This document shows positions 47,239 through 57,962 of a DNA stretch of 64,000 nt, piece after piece; the first letter of the stretch is position 1, and every line of letters begins with the position of its first letter. The DNA is taken from contig JAJYQS010000101.1 in the NCBI GenBank assembly GCA_021794475.1, forward strand, positions 12,408 to 76,407, read 5' to 3'. Under the pieces are notes generated by a model, which saw only the letters and a program-made list of their open reading frames with translations, searched no databases and had not been told where the DNA came from. Position numbers and translations under genes: made by a program. Origin of the DNA: a bacterium (lineage in GTDB: Bacteria; SZUA-79; Acidulodesulfobacterales; Acidulodesulfobacteraceae).

Positions 47239-47772
47239 ATGGATTTTGAAAAAATTGAAACCGGCGACAACCCGCCGGAATATATTAACGCAATAATAGA
47301 AATTCCCAAAGACGGCAGCGTAAAATACGAACTTGATAAAAATTCCGGTATTATGGCTGTAGACAGATTTTTATATACGGCTATGTTTTATCCTTTTAAC
47401 TACGGATTTATTCCTAAAACCTTGGCAGCGGATAATGACCCGCTGGATATTATTGTTATTTCATCTATGTCCGTCGTGCCGGGCTGTCTTTTAAAAGTAC
47501 GGGTCATCGGAATGCTTGAAATGGAAGATGAAAACGGAAACGACGAAAAAATAATATCTGTTCCTATCAATAAAATAGATGCAGGTTTCAGCGATATAAG
47601 AGACATAAATGACGTACCAAAAGTATTTTTAGATCAGATAAGACACTTTTTTGAAAATTACAAAACGCTTGAACCTGAAAAATGGGTTAAATTAGAAAAC
47701 TTCGTAAATAAAGAAAAAGCTGCAAAGATTGTTACAGAAACAATGATAAAATATAAAGAAAAAAATAATTAA
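47239..47772 (+). CDS. ppa: soluble inorganic pyrophosphatase (family I)
   Basis: 177 aa with motifs IEIPKDGSVKYELDK, YGFIP, DPLDIIV. Confidence 0.95.
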   Translation: MDFEKIETGDNPPEYINAIIEIPKDGSVKYELDKNSGIMAVDRFLYTAMFYPFNYGFIPKTLAADNDPLDIIVISSMSVVPGCLLKVRVIGMLEMEDENGNDEKIISVPINKIDAGFSDIRDINDVPKVFLDQIRHFFENYKTLEPEKWVKLENFVNKEKAAKIVTETMIKYKEKNN

Positions 47773-47787
47773 TAAAAATAAAAATGC

Positions 47788-47812
47788 CGCCAAACATGAT
47801 TATTATTTGGCG
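47788..47812 (-). terminator. hairpin CGCCAAA-11 nt loop-TTTGGCG, followed on the minus strand by GCATTTTTATTTTTATT
   Basis: 7-bp stem read directly. The T-run is present only on the minus strand (downstream of tRNA-Ser), but the hairpin could also stop ppa transcripts. Confidence 0.45.
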
Positions 47813-47844
47813 AATATAAACACAAAATATAAACAGAATATAAC

Positions 47845-47936
47845 TGGCGGAGAGAGAGGGATTCGAACCCCCGGTAAGCTTACGCCTACAATTGATTTCG
47901 AGTCAATCGCCTTCAACCGGACTCGGCCATCTCTCC
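47845..47936 (-). tRNA. tRNA-Ser (anticodon CGA), long variable arm, CCA encoded
   Basis: The reverse complement folds by hand: acceptor GGAGAGA/UCUCUCC, anticodon stem AUUGA/UCAAU with loop CUCGAAA, long variable arm, T arm GGGGG-UUCGAAU-CCCUC (one U-G pair), then GCCA. Confidence 0.9.
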
Positions 47937-48004
47937 TTATAGCTTTATATATAATATAATAATTTAATGATTAAAAGAAGCGTTTAATATTTAATTAATT
48001 AATT

Positions 48005-48040
<36 letters not shown>

Positions 48041-48065
48041 TATTATTATTTTAATTAATTAAATA

Positions 48066-48656
48066 TTAGCGTTTGTTTTCTGTTAATTTTTTAAATTCGT
48101 AACTCAAATATCCTTGAGGCAATTCTCCTGTAAAATGTTTAACGACATACCCTTTTTTGTTGATAATAAAAGACTGTGGAATCTCATAAACGTTACCGTA
48201 TTCTTTTTCGATATGTTCATCTGCCATACCTACCGGATACGTTATTATGCCGCCTTTGAATGTTTTAATAAAATGACCAACATATTTAGAGCCCTGATTA
48301 TTTACAGATAAACCTATAATTTGGAATCCGTATTTTTTATTAGATTTATAAAATTTTTCAAGCCTCGGTATTTCAGCCCTGCACGGAGGACACCACGTTG
48401 CCCAGAAATTTACAAGAACTATTTTGCCTCTGTATTTATTTAACGTTAACGTCAAACCGGGGTAATTAATGCTTTTTACCTTAAAAGCAGGAGCTAACGG
48501 CAGTTTCTTAGTCTTTGACAGCGGTATCGTTTTCTTGCTATAATTACTGCCGTTTCCCCATAATATATTGGGCAGTTTAATTACGTAAATGGATGCTATT
48601 AAAATAGCCGCAAAAAATATTACAAGCTTTATGGATTGTTTCGCTTTATATTGCAA
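48066..48656 (-). CDS. TlpA/ResA-family periplasmic thiol:disulfide oxidoreductase
   Basis: N-terminal membrane anchor and thioredoxin fold with WATWCPPCRAE. TTG start. Confidence 0.8.
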   Translation of the reverse strand: MQYKAKQSIKLVIFFAAILIASIYVIKLPNILWGNGSNYSKKTIPLSKTKKLPLAPAFKVKSINYPGLTLTLNKYRGKIVLVNFWATWCPPCRAEIPRLEKFYKSNKKYGFQIIGLSVNNQGSKYVGHFIKTFKGGIITYPVGMADEHIEKEYGNVYEIPQSFIINKKGYVVKHFTGELPQGYLSYEFKKLTENKR

Positions 48657-49313
48657 TTGTAATCTTCCCTTTTATAATTTTATAATTTATGCAATTGTGT
48701 AATAATTAATAATATAGTTTATATAACACAAAATACTAATTACAAGTTCTTTTAATAATTTATAATTTTTTTTTGCGATAGATTCAGATATTTATAAAAT
48801 GTATGCTTAATGCAATAAGTATCAAAAGTATAAATATAATATATTATATAGTATAGTTAATTATTCTTTAATTATTTATCAATAAATATTATACAATTAT
48901 TATAATATTTTAGTAGCCGTATAGCAACCAAAATTATCTTAAAAATATTTATCGATTAATTTAATTTATCTATTATATATATAATAATTATAATAATTAA
49001 AATGTGTGATAAGTAAAAAATAATTAATTTTAATAAAGACAAGTTTTATGATATATTTGTGATACATTTTGTAATTATGTTTATAATTTATAATTTATAA
49101 TATGTTTTGCAGGCAGTTTTGTACTCTATGTGTTTACAGCGATAGTCATAATATGTTATTATATGCTTCAGCGTGTTTACGATAATATCTAATATTTATA
49201 TTTAATATTTATATTGAATATTCATAGTTTTACCAATATTTTTATTAATTTTTTTTATTATATATTTTTATTAATTTTATTGTATATTTTATTATCTAAG
49301 GGGTATTTTATAT

Positions 49314-50174
49314 ATGAAAGTCAACAAAGCTGTATTTCCTGCGGCAGGTTTAGGAACAAGGCTGCTGCCTATTACAAAATCTATACCTAAAGAAATGCTG
49401 ATTCTGGTAGATAAACCGCTGATACAATACGGCGTGGAAGAGTGTATTGAATCGGAAATTCAGGATATAATTATAATAACGGGAAGAGGAAAAACAGCAA
49501 TAGAAGACTATTTTGACAGATCTATCGAGCATGAAATACTTCTAAAAGAGAAAGGCAAACATGACTTGCTGCAATCGGTTAAAGATATCGCAAACATGAT
49601 TAATTTTTCTTACACCAGACAGAAAGAGGCATTGGGTCTAGGGCATGCGATATTATGCGCACAAAATCTAATAGGCGACGAACCTTTTTCGGTTGTGCTC
49701 AGCGATGATATAATTGACGCTAAAGTACCGGTCATGAAACAAATGATAGATATATACAAACAATACCGGTACAGCGTACTGGCAGTTCAAAAAGTAAAAG
49801 ACGAAGATATCTCAAAATATGGTATAATAAAAGGGACAGAGATAGAAAAAGGGGTCTATAAAATAGAAGATCTGGTCGAAAAACCGGAAAAAGAGGAAGC
49901 TCCTTCAAATCTTGCAATAATAGGAAGGTATATTCTTACTCCAAGAATTTTTGATTTTTTAAAAGAAACTAAACCGGGAAAAGGAGGAGAAATTCAATTG
50001 ACGGATGCAATAAAATCTCTTCTCAGCGTTCAACCTGTTTACGCTTTAGAATTTGAAGGAATAAGATACGACGGAGGTAATAAGCTTGAACTTCTAGAAG
50101 CTCAGGTTGCTTTCGGACTTAAAAACAAAGACCTTAAAGACGGATTGTTAGAATTTATAAAAAACATTATTTAA
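49314..50174 (+). CDS. galU: UTP--glucose-1-phosphate uridylyltransferase
   Basis: AVFPAAGLGTRLLPITKSIPKEML N-terminus, 286 aa. Confidence 0.9.
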   Translation: MKVNKAVFPAAGLGTRLLPITKSIPKEMLILVDKPLIQYGVEECIESEIQDIIIITGRGKTAIEDYFDRSIEHEILLKEKGKHDLLQSVKDIANMINFSYTRQKEALGLGHAILCAQNLIGDEPFSVVLSDDIIDAKVPVMKQMIDIYKQYRYSVLAVQKVKDEDISKYGIIKGTEIEKGVYKIEDLVEKPEKEEAPSNLAIIGRYILTPRIFDFLKETKPGKGGEIQLTDAIKSLLSVQPVYALEFEGIRYDGGNKLELLEAQVAFGLKNKDLKDGLLEFIKNII

Positions 50175-50192
50175 TTTGGGCTTAAAAATATT

Positions 50193-50678
50193 ATGAAGCA
50201 TTACAATGCAGGTGACAATTATAGCGGTAAAATAATAAATTTTAAAAAAGAGGTGCAAAGATTATTCAGAGAGTTGTTTGAATCGATCTATCTTGAAGAC
50301 TTATCAGCCTCTTTCAGCGCCAACGTTTCGCCTATAGATATTTACAGTACGAAAGACAAACTCATCATTGAACTGGAAGTTCCCGGCGTTAAAAAAGAAG
50401 ACATTACTGTAATAGTACAGGACAACATACTGATTATAAAGTGGGTTTTGAATTCAAACTTAAATCACAGACACGCAGAAAACGCAGAAAACGATAATAT
50501 CAGATTTTTATGCATGGAAAGGAGATTTGGAAAATTTGAAAAATTTTTGCTTTTGCCGTTCAGTCCATCTGATAAAAATGTCAGTGCGGTGCTGTCAAAC
50601 GGCGTGTTGAAGATTATATTTAACATAGAATTTCAAAGTATTCATTCAGAAATAAATATTGAAATAGATTATAATTAA
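50193..50678 (+). CDS. Hsp20/alpha-crystallin-family small heat-shock protein
   Basis: Alpha-crystallin core (IDIYSTKDKLIIELEVPGVKKEDITV ... RRFGKFEKFLLLP ... AVLSNGVLKI). Confidence 0.8.
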   Translation: MKHYNAGDNYSGKIINFKKEVQRLFRELFESIYLEDLSASFSANVSPIDIYSTKDKLIIELEVPGVKKEDITVIVQDNILIIKWVLNSNLNHRHAENAENDNIRFLCMERRFGKFEKFLLLPFSPSDKNVSAVLSNGVLKIIFNIEFQSIHSEINIEIDYN

Positions 50679-50894
50679 TTTATAATTAAATAATTAATTG
50701 CGTGCTATTGTTTGAAATTTTAATTAATTTTATTGATTGATTTTAATTGATTATCATATTAATTTAAAGATATAATCATATAATCAATTATAGTTATATT
50801 AATTTTAAAGATATAATTAATAGATATTATAAAATAGAACATATTGTTTTTAGACTAAATTGTTTTTACACTAATTTACGGGAGATATATTTAT

Positions 50895-53429
50895 ATGACG
50901 CTTATAGCTAATTTTAATTATGAAACAGATTTTAAAGGTACAGATGACGATATTACCGTCGGAAAAGGCGAAAATATCGACCAGCTTGGTTCGCAGGAGG
51001 AGATTAAAATTCCCGATGTTATACCGATGCTGCCTATAAGAGACCTTGTAGTTTTTCCTTTTATGATAATACCTCTTTTTGTAGGAAGGGAAGCTTCTAT
51101 AAAAGCCGTCGATGAGGCGCTGTCAAAGGACAGGCTAATACTTTTATCCGCACAAAAAGATATAGTAGTTGAAGAACCGGCGCAAAACGACATATTTGAC
51201 ATAGGCACCGTTGCAATGATAATGAAAATGCTTAAATTGCCGGACGGAAGAGTAAAAATATTGGTACAGGGCATTTCTAAAGCTAAGATAGAAAACTATG
51301 TGCAGGTGAAACCGTTTTATCTTGTTAAAATATCAAAAATTCAAGAAGAGGTCGTAACGGAAATAACACCGGCAATAGACGCATTAATGCGCAATGTAAA
51401 GGAACAGCTTGAAAAATACGTTTCGCTCGGAAGAATGCCTTCTCAAGATATACTTATAATACTGGAAAATATTAATAATCCGGGGAGACTTGCCGACATA
51501 GTAGCATCTAATCTGGGTCTGAAAGTCGAAGAATCTCAGAAAATACTGCAAGAATTTGATGCTGTCAAAAGGCTTAAAAAAATAAACGACGTACTTGCAA
51601 GAGAGATTGAAATTCTTTCCATGCAGGCAAAAATACAGTCTCAGGCTAAAGAAGAAATGACGAAAACTCAGAGAGACTATTTTTTAAGGGAGCAGCTAAG
51701 AGCAATTAAAAACGAACTCGGAGAAACAGACGATAAGACTCAGGATATGAATGAACTGAGAGAAAAAATCAGGGCAGCAAAACTGCCTCCCGAAATATTA
51801 AAAGAGACCGAAAAACAGCTCTCGAAACTCGAAATGATGCATCAGGACGCTGCCGAAGCTTCAACCATAAGAACTTATATTGAATGGATTATAGATGTGC
51901 CGTGGACTAAAAAAACCAAGGACAATCTAAATATTGAAGCCGCAAAAAAAATTCTTGACGAAGACCATTATGACCTTGAAAAAATAAAGGAAAGGATACT
52001 CGAATATTTAAGCGTACGCAAATTAAATAAAAAAATGAAGGGTCCTATACTCTGTTTTATAGGCCCTCCCGGCGTCGGCAAAACCTCGTTGGGAAAATCT
52101 ATTGCAAAAGCTATGAACAGAAAATTCATAAGAGTATCATTAGGCGGGGTTCACGATGAAGCTGAGATTAGAGGTCATAGAAGAACGTACGTCGGCGCAC
52201 TTCCCGGAAGGATTATCCAAGGTATTAAACAGGCCGGTACAAATAATCCTGTATTTATGATAGACGAAATAGACAAAGTAGGAACAGATTTTAGGGGCGA
52301 TCCCTCTTCAGCGCTGTTAGAAGTCTTAGACCCCGAGCAAAATTTTTCTTTTTCGGACCATTATTTAAATCTGCCGTTCGATCTGTCAAACGTTATGTTT
52401 GTTGCGACGGCAAATGTTGCAGATACAATACCTGGTCCGCTAAGAGATAGAATGGAAATCATTAATCTGTCGGGATACACCCTTGAAGAAAAAGAGAAGA
52501 TTGCGGAAAAATACCTTATACCGAGACAGATTAAAGAAAACGGCTTAAAATCGGACTATATAGAATTTATGCCCAGCGCCACAAGAACTATTATTGCAGG
52601 ATATACAAGGGAAGCAGGGCTAAGAAATTTGGAAAGAGAAATAGGCACCGTTTGCCGAAAAGTTGCAAGACAGATTGCAGAAAATAAAATAAAAAAATAT
52701 ACAATTTCTAATAAAAATATTGCTAAATACCTCGGAGCTATTAAAATACTGCCCGAAGAGGAACGTACGAAAGATGAAATAGGGATTGTTACCGGGCTTG
52801 CATGGACACCCGTCGGCGGCGAAGTGTTATACATAGAAACCGTCCTTTCTAAAGGCAAAGGTTCTTTATCTCTTACCGGACAGCTAGGAGACGTAATGAA
52901 AGAATCGGCGCAGGCAGGTTTGACCTATGCAAAATCCAAAGCTGACGAACTTGGCATAAAATCAGATATTTTTGAAACCAATGATATACATCTTCATATT
53001 CCGGAAGGAGCAATACCAAAAGACGGACCTTCTGCCGGAATTTCAATGGCTACTTCAATGATATCGGCGCTTACAAATAAACCGGTCAGAAAAGATATAG
53101 CTATGACGGGTGAAATAACGCTTCACGGAAATGTTTTGCCTATCGGCGGTTTAAAAGAGAAATCGCTTGCTGCTTTAAGAGCAAACATCAAAACAATTAT
53201 TATACCGGACAGGAACAAGAAAGATCTTGATGAAATTTCACCATTGGTTAGAAAACATTTAAAATTTGTTCCGGTAAAAAATATGGATGAAGTTGTAAGG
53301 TTAGCCATAATCGGTCTTGACAAGCCTATTCAGCTTGATAAAACAGATAAAGCATCCGAAAATAATAACGCCGATAAAGGCGGTAAAGGCGGTAACAAAA
53401 AACAAACATTAAAAATAAAGAAAAAATAA
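50895..53429 (+). CDS. lon: ATP-dependent Lon protease (LonA)
   Basis: Walker [10 protein letters not shown] and proteolytic Ser motif DGPSAGI, with an N-terminal LON domain. 844 aa with a Lys/Gly-rich tail. Confidence 0.95.
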   Translation: MTLIANFNYETDFKGTDDDITVGKGENIDQLGSQEEIKIPDVIPMLPIRDLVVFPFMIIPLFVGREASIKAVDEALSKDRLILLSAQKDIVVEEPAQNDIFDIGTVAMIMKMLKLPDGRVKILVQGISKAKIENYVQVKPFYLVKISKIQEEVVTEITPAIDALMRNVKEQLEKYVSLGRMPSQDILIILENINNPGRLADIVASNLGLKVEESQKILQEFDAVKRLKKINDVLAREIEILSMQAKIQSQAKEEMTKTQRDYFLREQLRAIKNELGETDDKTQDMNELREKIRAAKLPPEILKETEKQLSKLEMMHQDAAEASTIRTYIEWIIDVPWTKKTKDNLNIEAAKKILDEDHYDLEKIKERILEYLSVRKLNKKMKGPILCFIGPPGVGKTSLGKSIAKAMNRKFIRVSLGGVHDEAEIRGHRRTYVGALPGRIIQGIKQAGTNNPVFMIDEIDKVGTDFRGDPSSALLEVLDPEQNFSFSDHYLNLPFDLSNVMFVATANVADTIPGPLRDRMEIINLSGYTLEEKEKIAEKYLIPRQIKENGLKSDYIEFMPSATRTIIAGYTREAGLRNLEREIGTVCRKVARQIAENKIKKYTISNKNIAKYLGAIKILPEEERTKDEIGIVTGLAWTPVGGEVLYIETVLSKGKGSLSLTGQLGDVMKESAQAGLTYAKSKADELGIKSDIFETNDIHLHIPEGAIPKDGPSAGISMATSMISALTNKPVRKDIAMTGEITLHGNVLPIGGLKEKSLAALRANIKTIIIPDRNKKDLDEISPLVRKHLKFVPVKNMDEVVRLAIIGLDKPIQLDKTDKASENNNADKGGKGGNKKQTLKIKKK

Positions 53430-53433
53430 AAAA

Positions 53434-54687
53434 TTGGACGAATTAAGCCTGATTTCTTATATCGAAAAAAATAGCCGTGAAAAGCTTAGATTTAACAGTG
53501 CTATGATAATTAAATCTATCGGGGACGACACGGCTATTTTTCGAGATAAAAATAACATATTAATTACATCGGATACGCTCACCGAAAACACCCATTTTAG
53601 AACAGACTATTACTCTTTCAGTCAGATAGGCGCTAAAGCGCTCCTTGCTAATATAAGCGACGTAGCGTCTATGGGAGGAACGCCAAGATTTTTTATTCTG
53701 TCATTGCTTGTGCCTGATTATTTGACTGAAGTCAATATAAAAGAAACTATCGATGGCATAATAGAAACGGCAAAAAATGACAAAATTTCTCTTATAGGCG
53801 GAAATATATCAAAAGCAAGAGAATTTTCAATATCTATTACCCTTCTGGGGGATTATACCGCTAAACAAACGGCTATTTCAAGATATCGCGCCGAATATGA
53901 TGACCTTATATTTGTTTCTGGAGATATCGGCAACGCATGGCTTTCCTATTACATTATGGAAAATCAAGAACGCATTGGAGAATGTATTGAAAAATTTATA
54001 CTAGATACGGATACGGATAATGACAGAACATCTGTAAACGCTGCGGCCCTTTCTAAAAAGCCGAACAAAATATATAAGACGAACAACAAATCTAAAACAT
54101 CCGGCGGATACAGAACATCCAAAAATACATTACTGCAATTTATTGAAAATTATGCAAAAAAAAATTTAATTCATCCTTCACGAGTCAAATTAGGCAAAAT
54201 ATTAGCCGCAAGTAAAATTGCAAATTCTATGACTGATATAAGCGACGGACTTTATAAAGATATAAACAATTTATTAAGCACCAAAGATAAAAATTCAGGC
54301 GCTTTGATAATAGCAGACAATATTCCTTTAAGCGATGAATTTAAAAATATAGTAAAAATTTTAAATTTAAAAGATACCGACATCTTAAATAATATTATTT
54401 CTTTCGGCGAAGATTATGAACTGCTGTGGTCAATGAGTCGCACAGGCGAGAACGAATTACTTGAAATTGCAAAAAAAGAAAAAATAAAAATCTCTAAAAT
54501 AGGTTCAATAGTTAAATGTAATACCGACGATAATTACAGTACTAACGATGCTTACTATAATGACGGCACAGTGTGTAACGACGCCGATTTCGGAGTAAAT
54601 AAAGAGATGAGGGTCAATTTTATATACAAAAACAAATCGTTAGTAATAACGCCTATGACATTTAAACACATATCTAACAATTTATAA
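53434..54687 (+). CDS. thiL: thiamine-monophosphate kinase, expanded by insertions (417 aa)
   Basis: AIR-synthase-like motifs IGDDTAIF, NISDVASMGG, GGNIS. TTG start. Confidence 0.8.
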   Translation: MDELSLISYIEKNSREKLRFNSAMIIKSIGDDTAIFRDKNNILITSDTLTENTHFRTDYYSFSQIGAKALLANISDVASMGGTPRFFILSLLVPDYLTEVNIKETIDGIIETAKNDKISLIGGNISKAREFSISITLLGDYTAKQTAISRYRAEYDDLIFVSGDIGNAWLSYYIMENQERIGECIEKFILDTDTDNDRTSVNAAALSKKPNKIYKTNNKSKTSGGYRTSKNTLLQFIENYAKKNLIHPSRVKLGKILAASKIANSMTDISDGLYKDINNLLSTKDKNSGALIIADNIPLSDEFKNIVKILNLKDTDILNNIISFGEDYELLWSMSRTGENELLEIAKKEKIKISKIGSIVKCNTDDNYSTNDAYYNDGTVCNDADFGVNKEMRVNFIYKNKSLVITPMTFKHISNNL

Positions 54688-54940
54688 TAATATTACACAA
54701 TAAATCACTAAGCTAAACAATTAATTAAATATAATTAAATAACAATTAAATAATTACGCTGTTTAAGTCAAATGGACAATTAAATATTGAGACGACGATT
54801 AAGTTACTCAGACAAAATAGACAACTGAGACAGACAATTAAGCTAAGAAAATACTTATTACATCGTCTCTAATGATATTTAATAATTTAATTAATTCAAT
54901 AAGTAAGCTTTATAATTATAATTAATATAATCATATAAGA

Positions 54941-55912
54941 ATGAACATACCTTTATTTATTTTTCTTTTTATTATTTTTTTAATTTTTTCCTCTTTGTTT
55001 TCACTTTCCGAATCTTCAGTTTTTTCTCTGACGCAAACTGAAATAGATGAATTGAATTTTAAAAAAAAATATAAAGTAATTTTTCTTATCAGAAAATCCG
55101 CTATCTTTTTAATAATAATACTTATAGGAAATTTAACGGCAAATGTACTGGCTGCCAGCATAGCTGCCTTAGTTTTAAATTACTATTTTCATAATATCTC
55201 TATTATTTACTCTATAATTATAATATCTTTGCTTTTAATAATTTTAGCAGAAATTATACCGAAAATAATTGCTTTAAAAAAACCGGTTGAATTTTCTATT
55301 ATTATCGCAAATATATTTTATCCAATTACAGTATTAATTGACTCTGCAACAAATAAAATAGGTTTTAGCGGTAAGATATTTCAATTAAGAAAAAATGAGT
55401 CTTTATCTAACGAAGAGCTCAGAACTATTATTGAAATAGGCAAAAATGAAGGTGAAATAAAAGAAAAAGAATATGAATTAATAAAAAATTTTTTAAAATT
55501 ATCACTGCTGAAAGCCGGCAATATAATGACTAAAAATGACAAAATATTTTCATTAGATGTCAGTACGCCTGTTGTAAATGCCGTCGCTCTGATTGAAGAC
55601 AATCATTTCTCAAGGATTCCAATATATTTCAGAGAAAAAGACAACGTCATAGGCATCTTACTCGCTAAAAATATATTAGCTAAAGTATATACAGACATCG
55701 AAGAAAAAAGAACGCTTAATTCTTTTTTAATTAAGCCTTATTTTATTCCGGCATCGAAAAATGTTCTTGACCTTTTCAGAGAGCTCCAGAAGAAAAAAAT
55801 CCATATTGCAATAGTCGTAAATGAATATGGTAAAATGACAGGTTTAGTCACCATGGAAGATTTGCTTGAAGAAATTTTCGGTGAAATTGAAGACGAATAC
55901 GATGTTCAATAG
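54941..55912 (+). CDS. CNNM/DUF21 transporter with CBS pair, lacking the CorC_HlyC C-terminal domain
   Basis: N-terminal 4-TM DUF21-like region, a CBS pair, ending ...MEDLLEEIFGEIEDEYD. Confidence 0.75.
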   Translation: MNIPLFIFLFIIFLIFSSLFSLSESSVFSLTQTEIDELNFKKKYKVIFLIRKSAIFLIIILIGNLTANVLAASIAALVLNYYFHNISIIYSIIIISLLLIILAEIIPKIIALKKPVEFSIIIANIFYPITVLIDSATNKIGFSGKIFQLRKNESLSNEELRTIIEIGKNEGEIKEKEYELIKNFLKLSLLKAGNIMTKNDKIFSLDVSTPVVNAVALIEDNHFSRIPIYFREKDNVIGILLAKNILAKVYTDIEEKRTLNSFLIKPYFIPASKNVLDLFRELQKKKIHIAIVVNEYGKMTGLVTMEDLLEEIFGEIEDEYDVQ

Positions 55913-55970
55913 TGATGCAGTAATGCAGTAACAATGAATTTTAAAAATAACTATTATAAATCAATATACT

Positions 55971-57230
55971 ATGCATAACGGCTATATTATCGTAAATTTG
56001 ATATATTATTTTATTATAATTATTATTGCTATTTTTTTCGAAGGATTCTTTGCAGGTTCAGAAATCGGCATTATAAGCTATGATAAGATAAAAATAAAGC
56101 ATAAAGAAATGCAGGGGAATAAACTTGCCGGTTTTTTAATTAAAAAAACGAAAAATCCTGAAAATACCTTCGCGACCACTTTAATAGGAAACAATATTTC
56201 CAATACCACAGCTACAATCATAGCGACGACTGTTTTATTTGAATATGTCCATAAGTGGACGCCTTTCGTGGTCGCTCTTCTGCTTACTCCGTTTATGATA
56301 ATATTCGGCGAAATTATTCCTAAGATGATTTACCGCAAATATGCTAACACGCTTATGCTTAAATCAATCCCGTTTATAGCTTTTTTCTCGATACTTTTTT
56401 ATCCGATAAATCTGATATTCATAGGATTATCAAAAATATTAAATATTATTTTTAAAGGTAAATCTAAAAATGTATTTCTGACAAAAGATGAATTGGTTAA
56501 AGTCCTTACAATAAGCGGAAACGTAGGCGAATTAAAAGATTATGAAAAAAAAATAATCAAACGTATTTTTGAATTCGGAAAAAAAACAGCTAAAGATATA
56601 ATGATACCTTTAATTAGTATTATAGCCATAGAAGAATCAACATCTGTAATTGAGGCTCATAAAACAATAATAGAATCTAACTATTCAAGGATACCTGTCT
56701 TCAGGGACCGCATAGATAATATTACAGGAATTGCCTTTGCTTTTGATATATACAATAAAGAAAATAACGATAAAATTATTAAAGATATTGCAAAACCGGT
56801 GTTATTTATTCCTGAAACGCTTAGCATTTCAGTTTTAATGCTTAGAATGCAGAAAAGCCATCAGCAGGCTTCTATAGTAGTTGATGAATACGGAGGCGCC
56901 GCCGGTTTAATAACTTTTGAAGATATACTTGAAGAAATAGTCGGCGAAATAAGAGATGAAACGGATGAAGAAGAATTTATGTATAAGAAAATCGGGAAAA
57001 ATACCTACATTATCAATACAAGATTAAGCTTAAATGAATTAAACGAATTATTGAATACAAAAATAAATAATCATGAAGAAACCGATTATGAAACAATTTC
57101 AGGATTAATTATGGACAGATTAGGACGAATACCTGCGCCTGGCGAAAAATTTCTGATAGATAATATGCAGTTTACGGTGACAAAAGCAACAAGCAAATCC
57201 GTCAAAGAGGTCACCCTCACTTATCTTTAA
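55971..57230 (+). CDS. CNNM/CorC-family (hemolysin-like) transporter: DUF21 + CBS pair + CorC_HlyC domain
   Basis: Same layout as the upstream paralogue, plus a C-terminal transporter-associated domain (...ETISGLIMDRLGRIPAPGEKF...). Confidence 0.8.
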   Translation: MHNGYIIVNLIYYFIIIIIAIFFEGFFAGSEIGIISYDKIKIKHKEMQGNKLAGFLIKKTKNPENTFATTLIGNNISNTTATIIATTVLFEYVHKWTPFVVALLLTPFMIIFGEIIPKMIYRKYANTLMLKSIPFIAFFSILFYPINLIFIGLSKILNIIFKGKSKNVFLTKDELVKVLTISGNVGELKDYEKKIIKRIFEFGKKTAKDIMIPLISIIAIEESTSVIEAHKTIIESNYSRIPVFRDRIDNITGIAFAFDIYNKENNDKIIKDIAKPVLFIPETLSISVLMLRMQKSHQQASIVVDEYGGAAGLITFEDILEEIVGEIRDETDEEEFMYKKIGKNTYIINTRLSLNELNELLNTKINNHEETDYETISGLIMDRLGRIPAPGEKFLIDNMQFTVTKATSKSVKEVTLTYL

Positions 57231-57547
57231 AGGTGTATGATTTATTTTATTTCCTGCTCCTGCCTGCGTCTGCTGTGGATTTGTAAAAAAACAATGGGAG
57301 TATTTGATTTATTCTAAGGAAATAAATCAAACACCCCAATTGTTGAAAAATCACTTCTATCTCTCAAATTATAACTAAGTTAGCGAACTACCTCGCCCTT
57401 ATGAACGAAAGTGGGCAATCTGAAAACTGTTTAAAAAACATGCTCGGCGGTTAAGTTAAAGCTATTAAGAGTTAAATAAAAAAGCGACTCTTATCTTAAC
57501 TGTTATTTTTAATCTTAGTTTTATTCTTAATCGTTTTATTCTTGATC

Positions 57548-57883
57548 TTAATTTGATATAGCCTTATCTATCATTTGTTTAAAAGCAGCTTTAGGAGCAG
57601 CACCGACAATCTGATCCACAACCTTTCCTTTATTAAACAATATGACGGTAGGAATACCTCTTACGCCATATGAACCCGGGGTAGCTTGATTTTCATCGAC
57701 ATTGACCTTGCCGACTTTTAAAACATCGCCATAATCAGCAGCAATTTCATCAATAACAGGAGCTACTGCTCTGCATGGCGCGCACCATACTGCCCAAAAA
57801 TCAACTAATACAGGTTTTGCAGATTTCAAAACCTCAGCATCAAAATTGCTGTCTGTAAAAGTCATGACTTTATCTGAAGCCAT
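57548..57883 (-). CDS. trxA: thioredoxin
   Basis: 111 aa with active site WAVWCAPCR (WCAPC variant of WCGPC). AGGAGG Shine-Dalgarno. Confidence 0.9.
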   Translation of the reverse strand: MASDKVMTFTDSNFDAEVLKSAKPVLVDFWAVWCAPCRAVAPVIDEIAADYGDVLKVGKVNVDENQATPGSYGVRGIPTVILFNKGKVVDQIVGAAPKAAFKQMIDKAISN

Positions 57884-57962
57884 AAATAAATCCTCCTTAT
57901 TAAATTTAATTTTATTTTATTGCTATATCTATATCTATCTATTCTTTTTTATTTAATGCAAA

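Noticed and set aside
50679-50894. CIRCE/HrcA operator or other heat-shock control element upstream of lon and hsp20
   Set aside because: No TTAGCACTC-N9-GAGTGCTAA-like inverted repeat is present. There are only AT-rich direct repeats (TTAATTTAAAGATATAAT x2, ATTGTTTTTA x2) of uncertain meaning.
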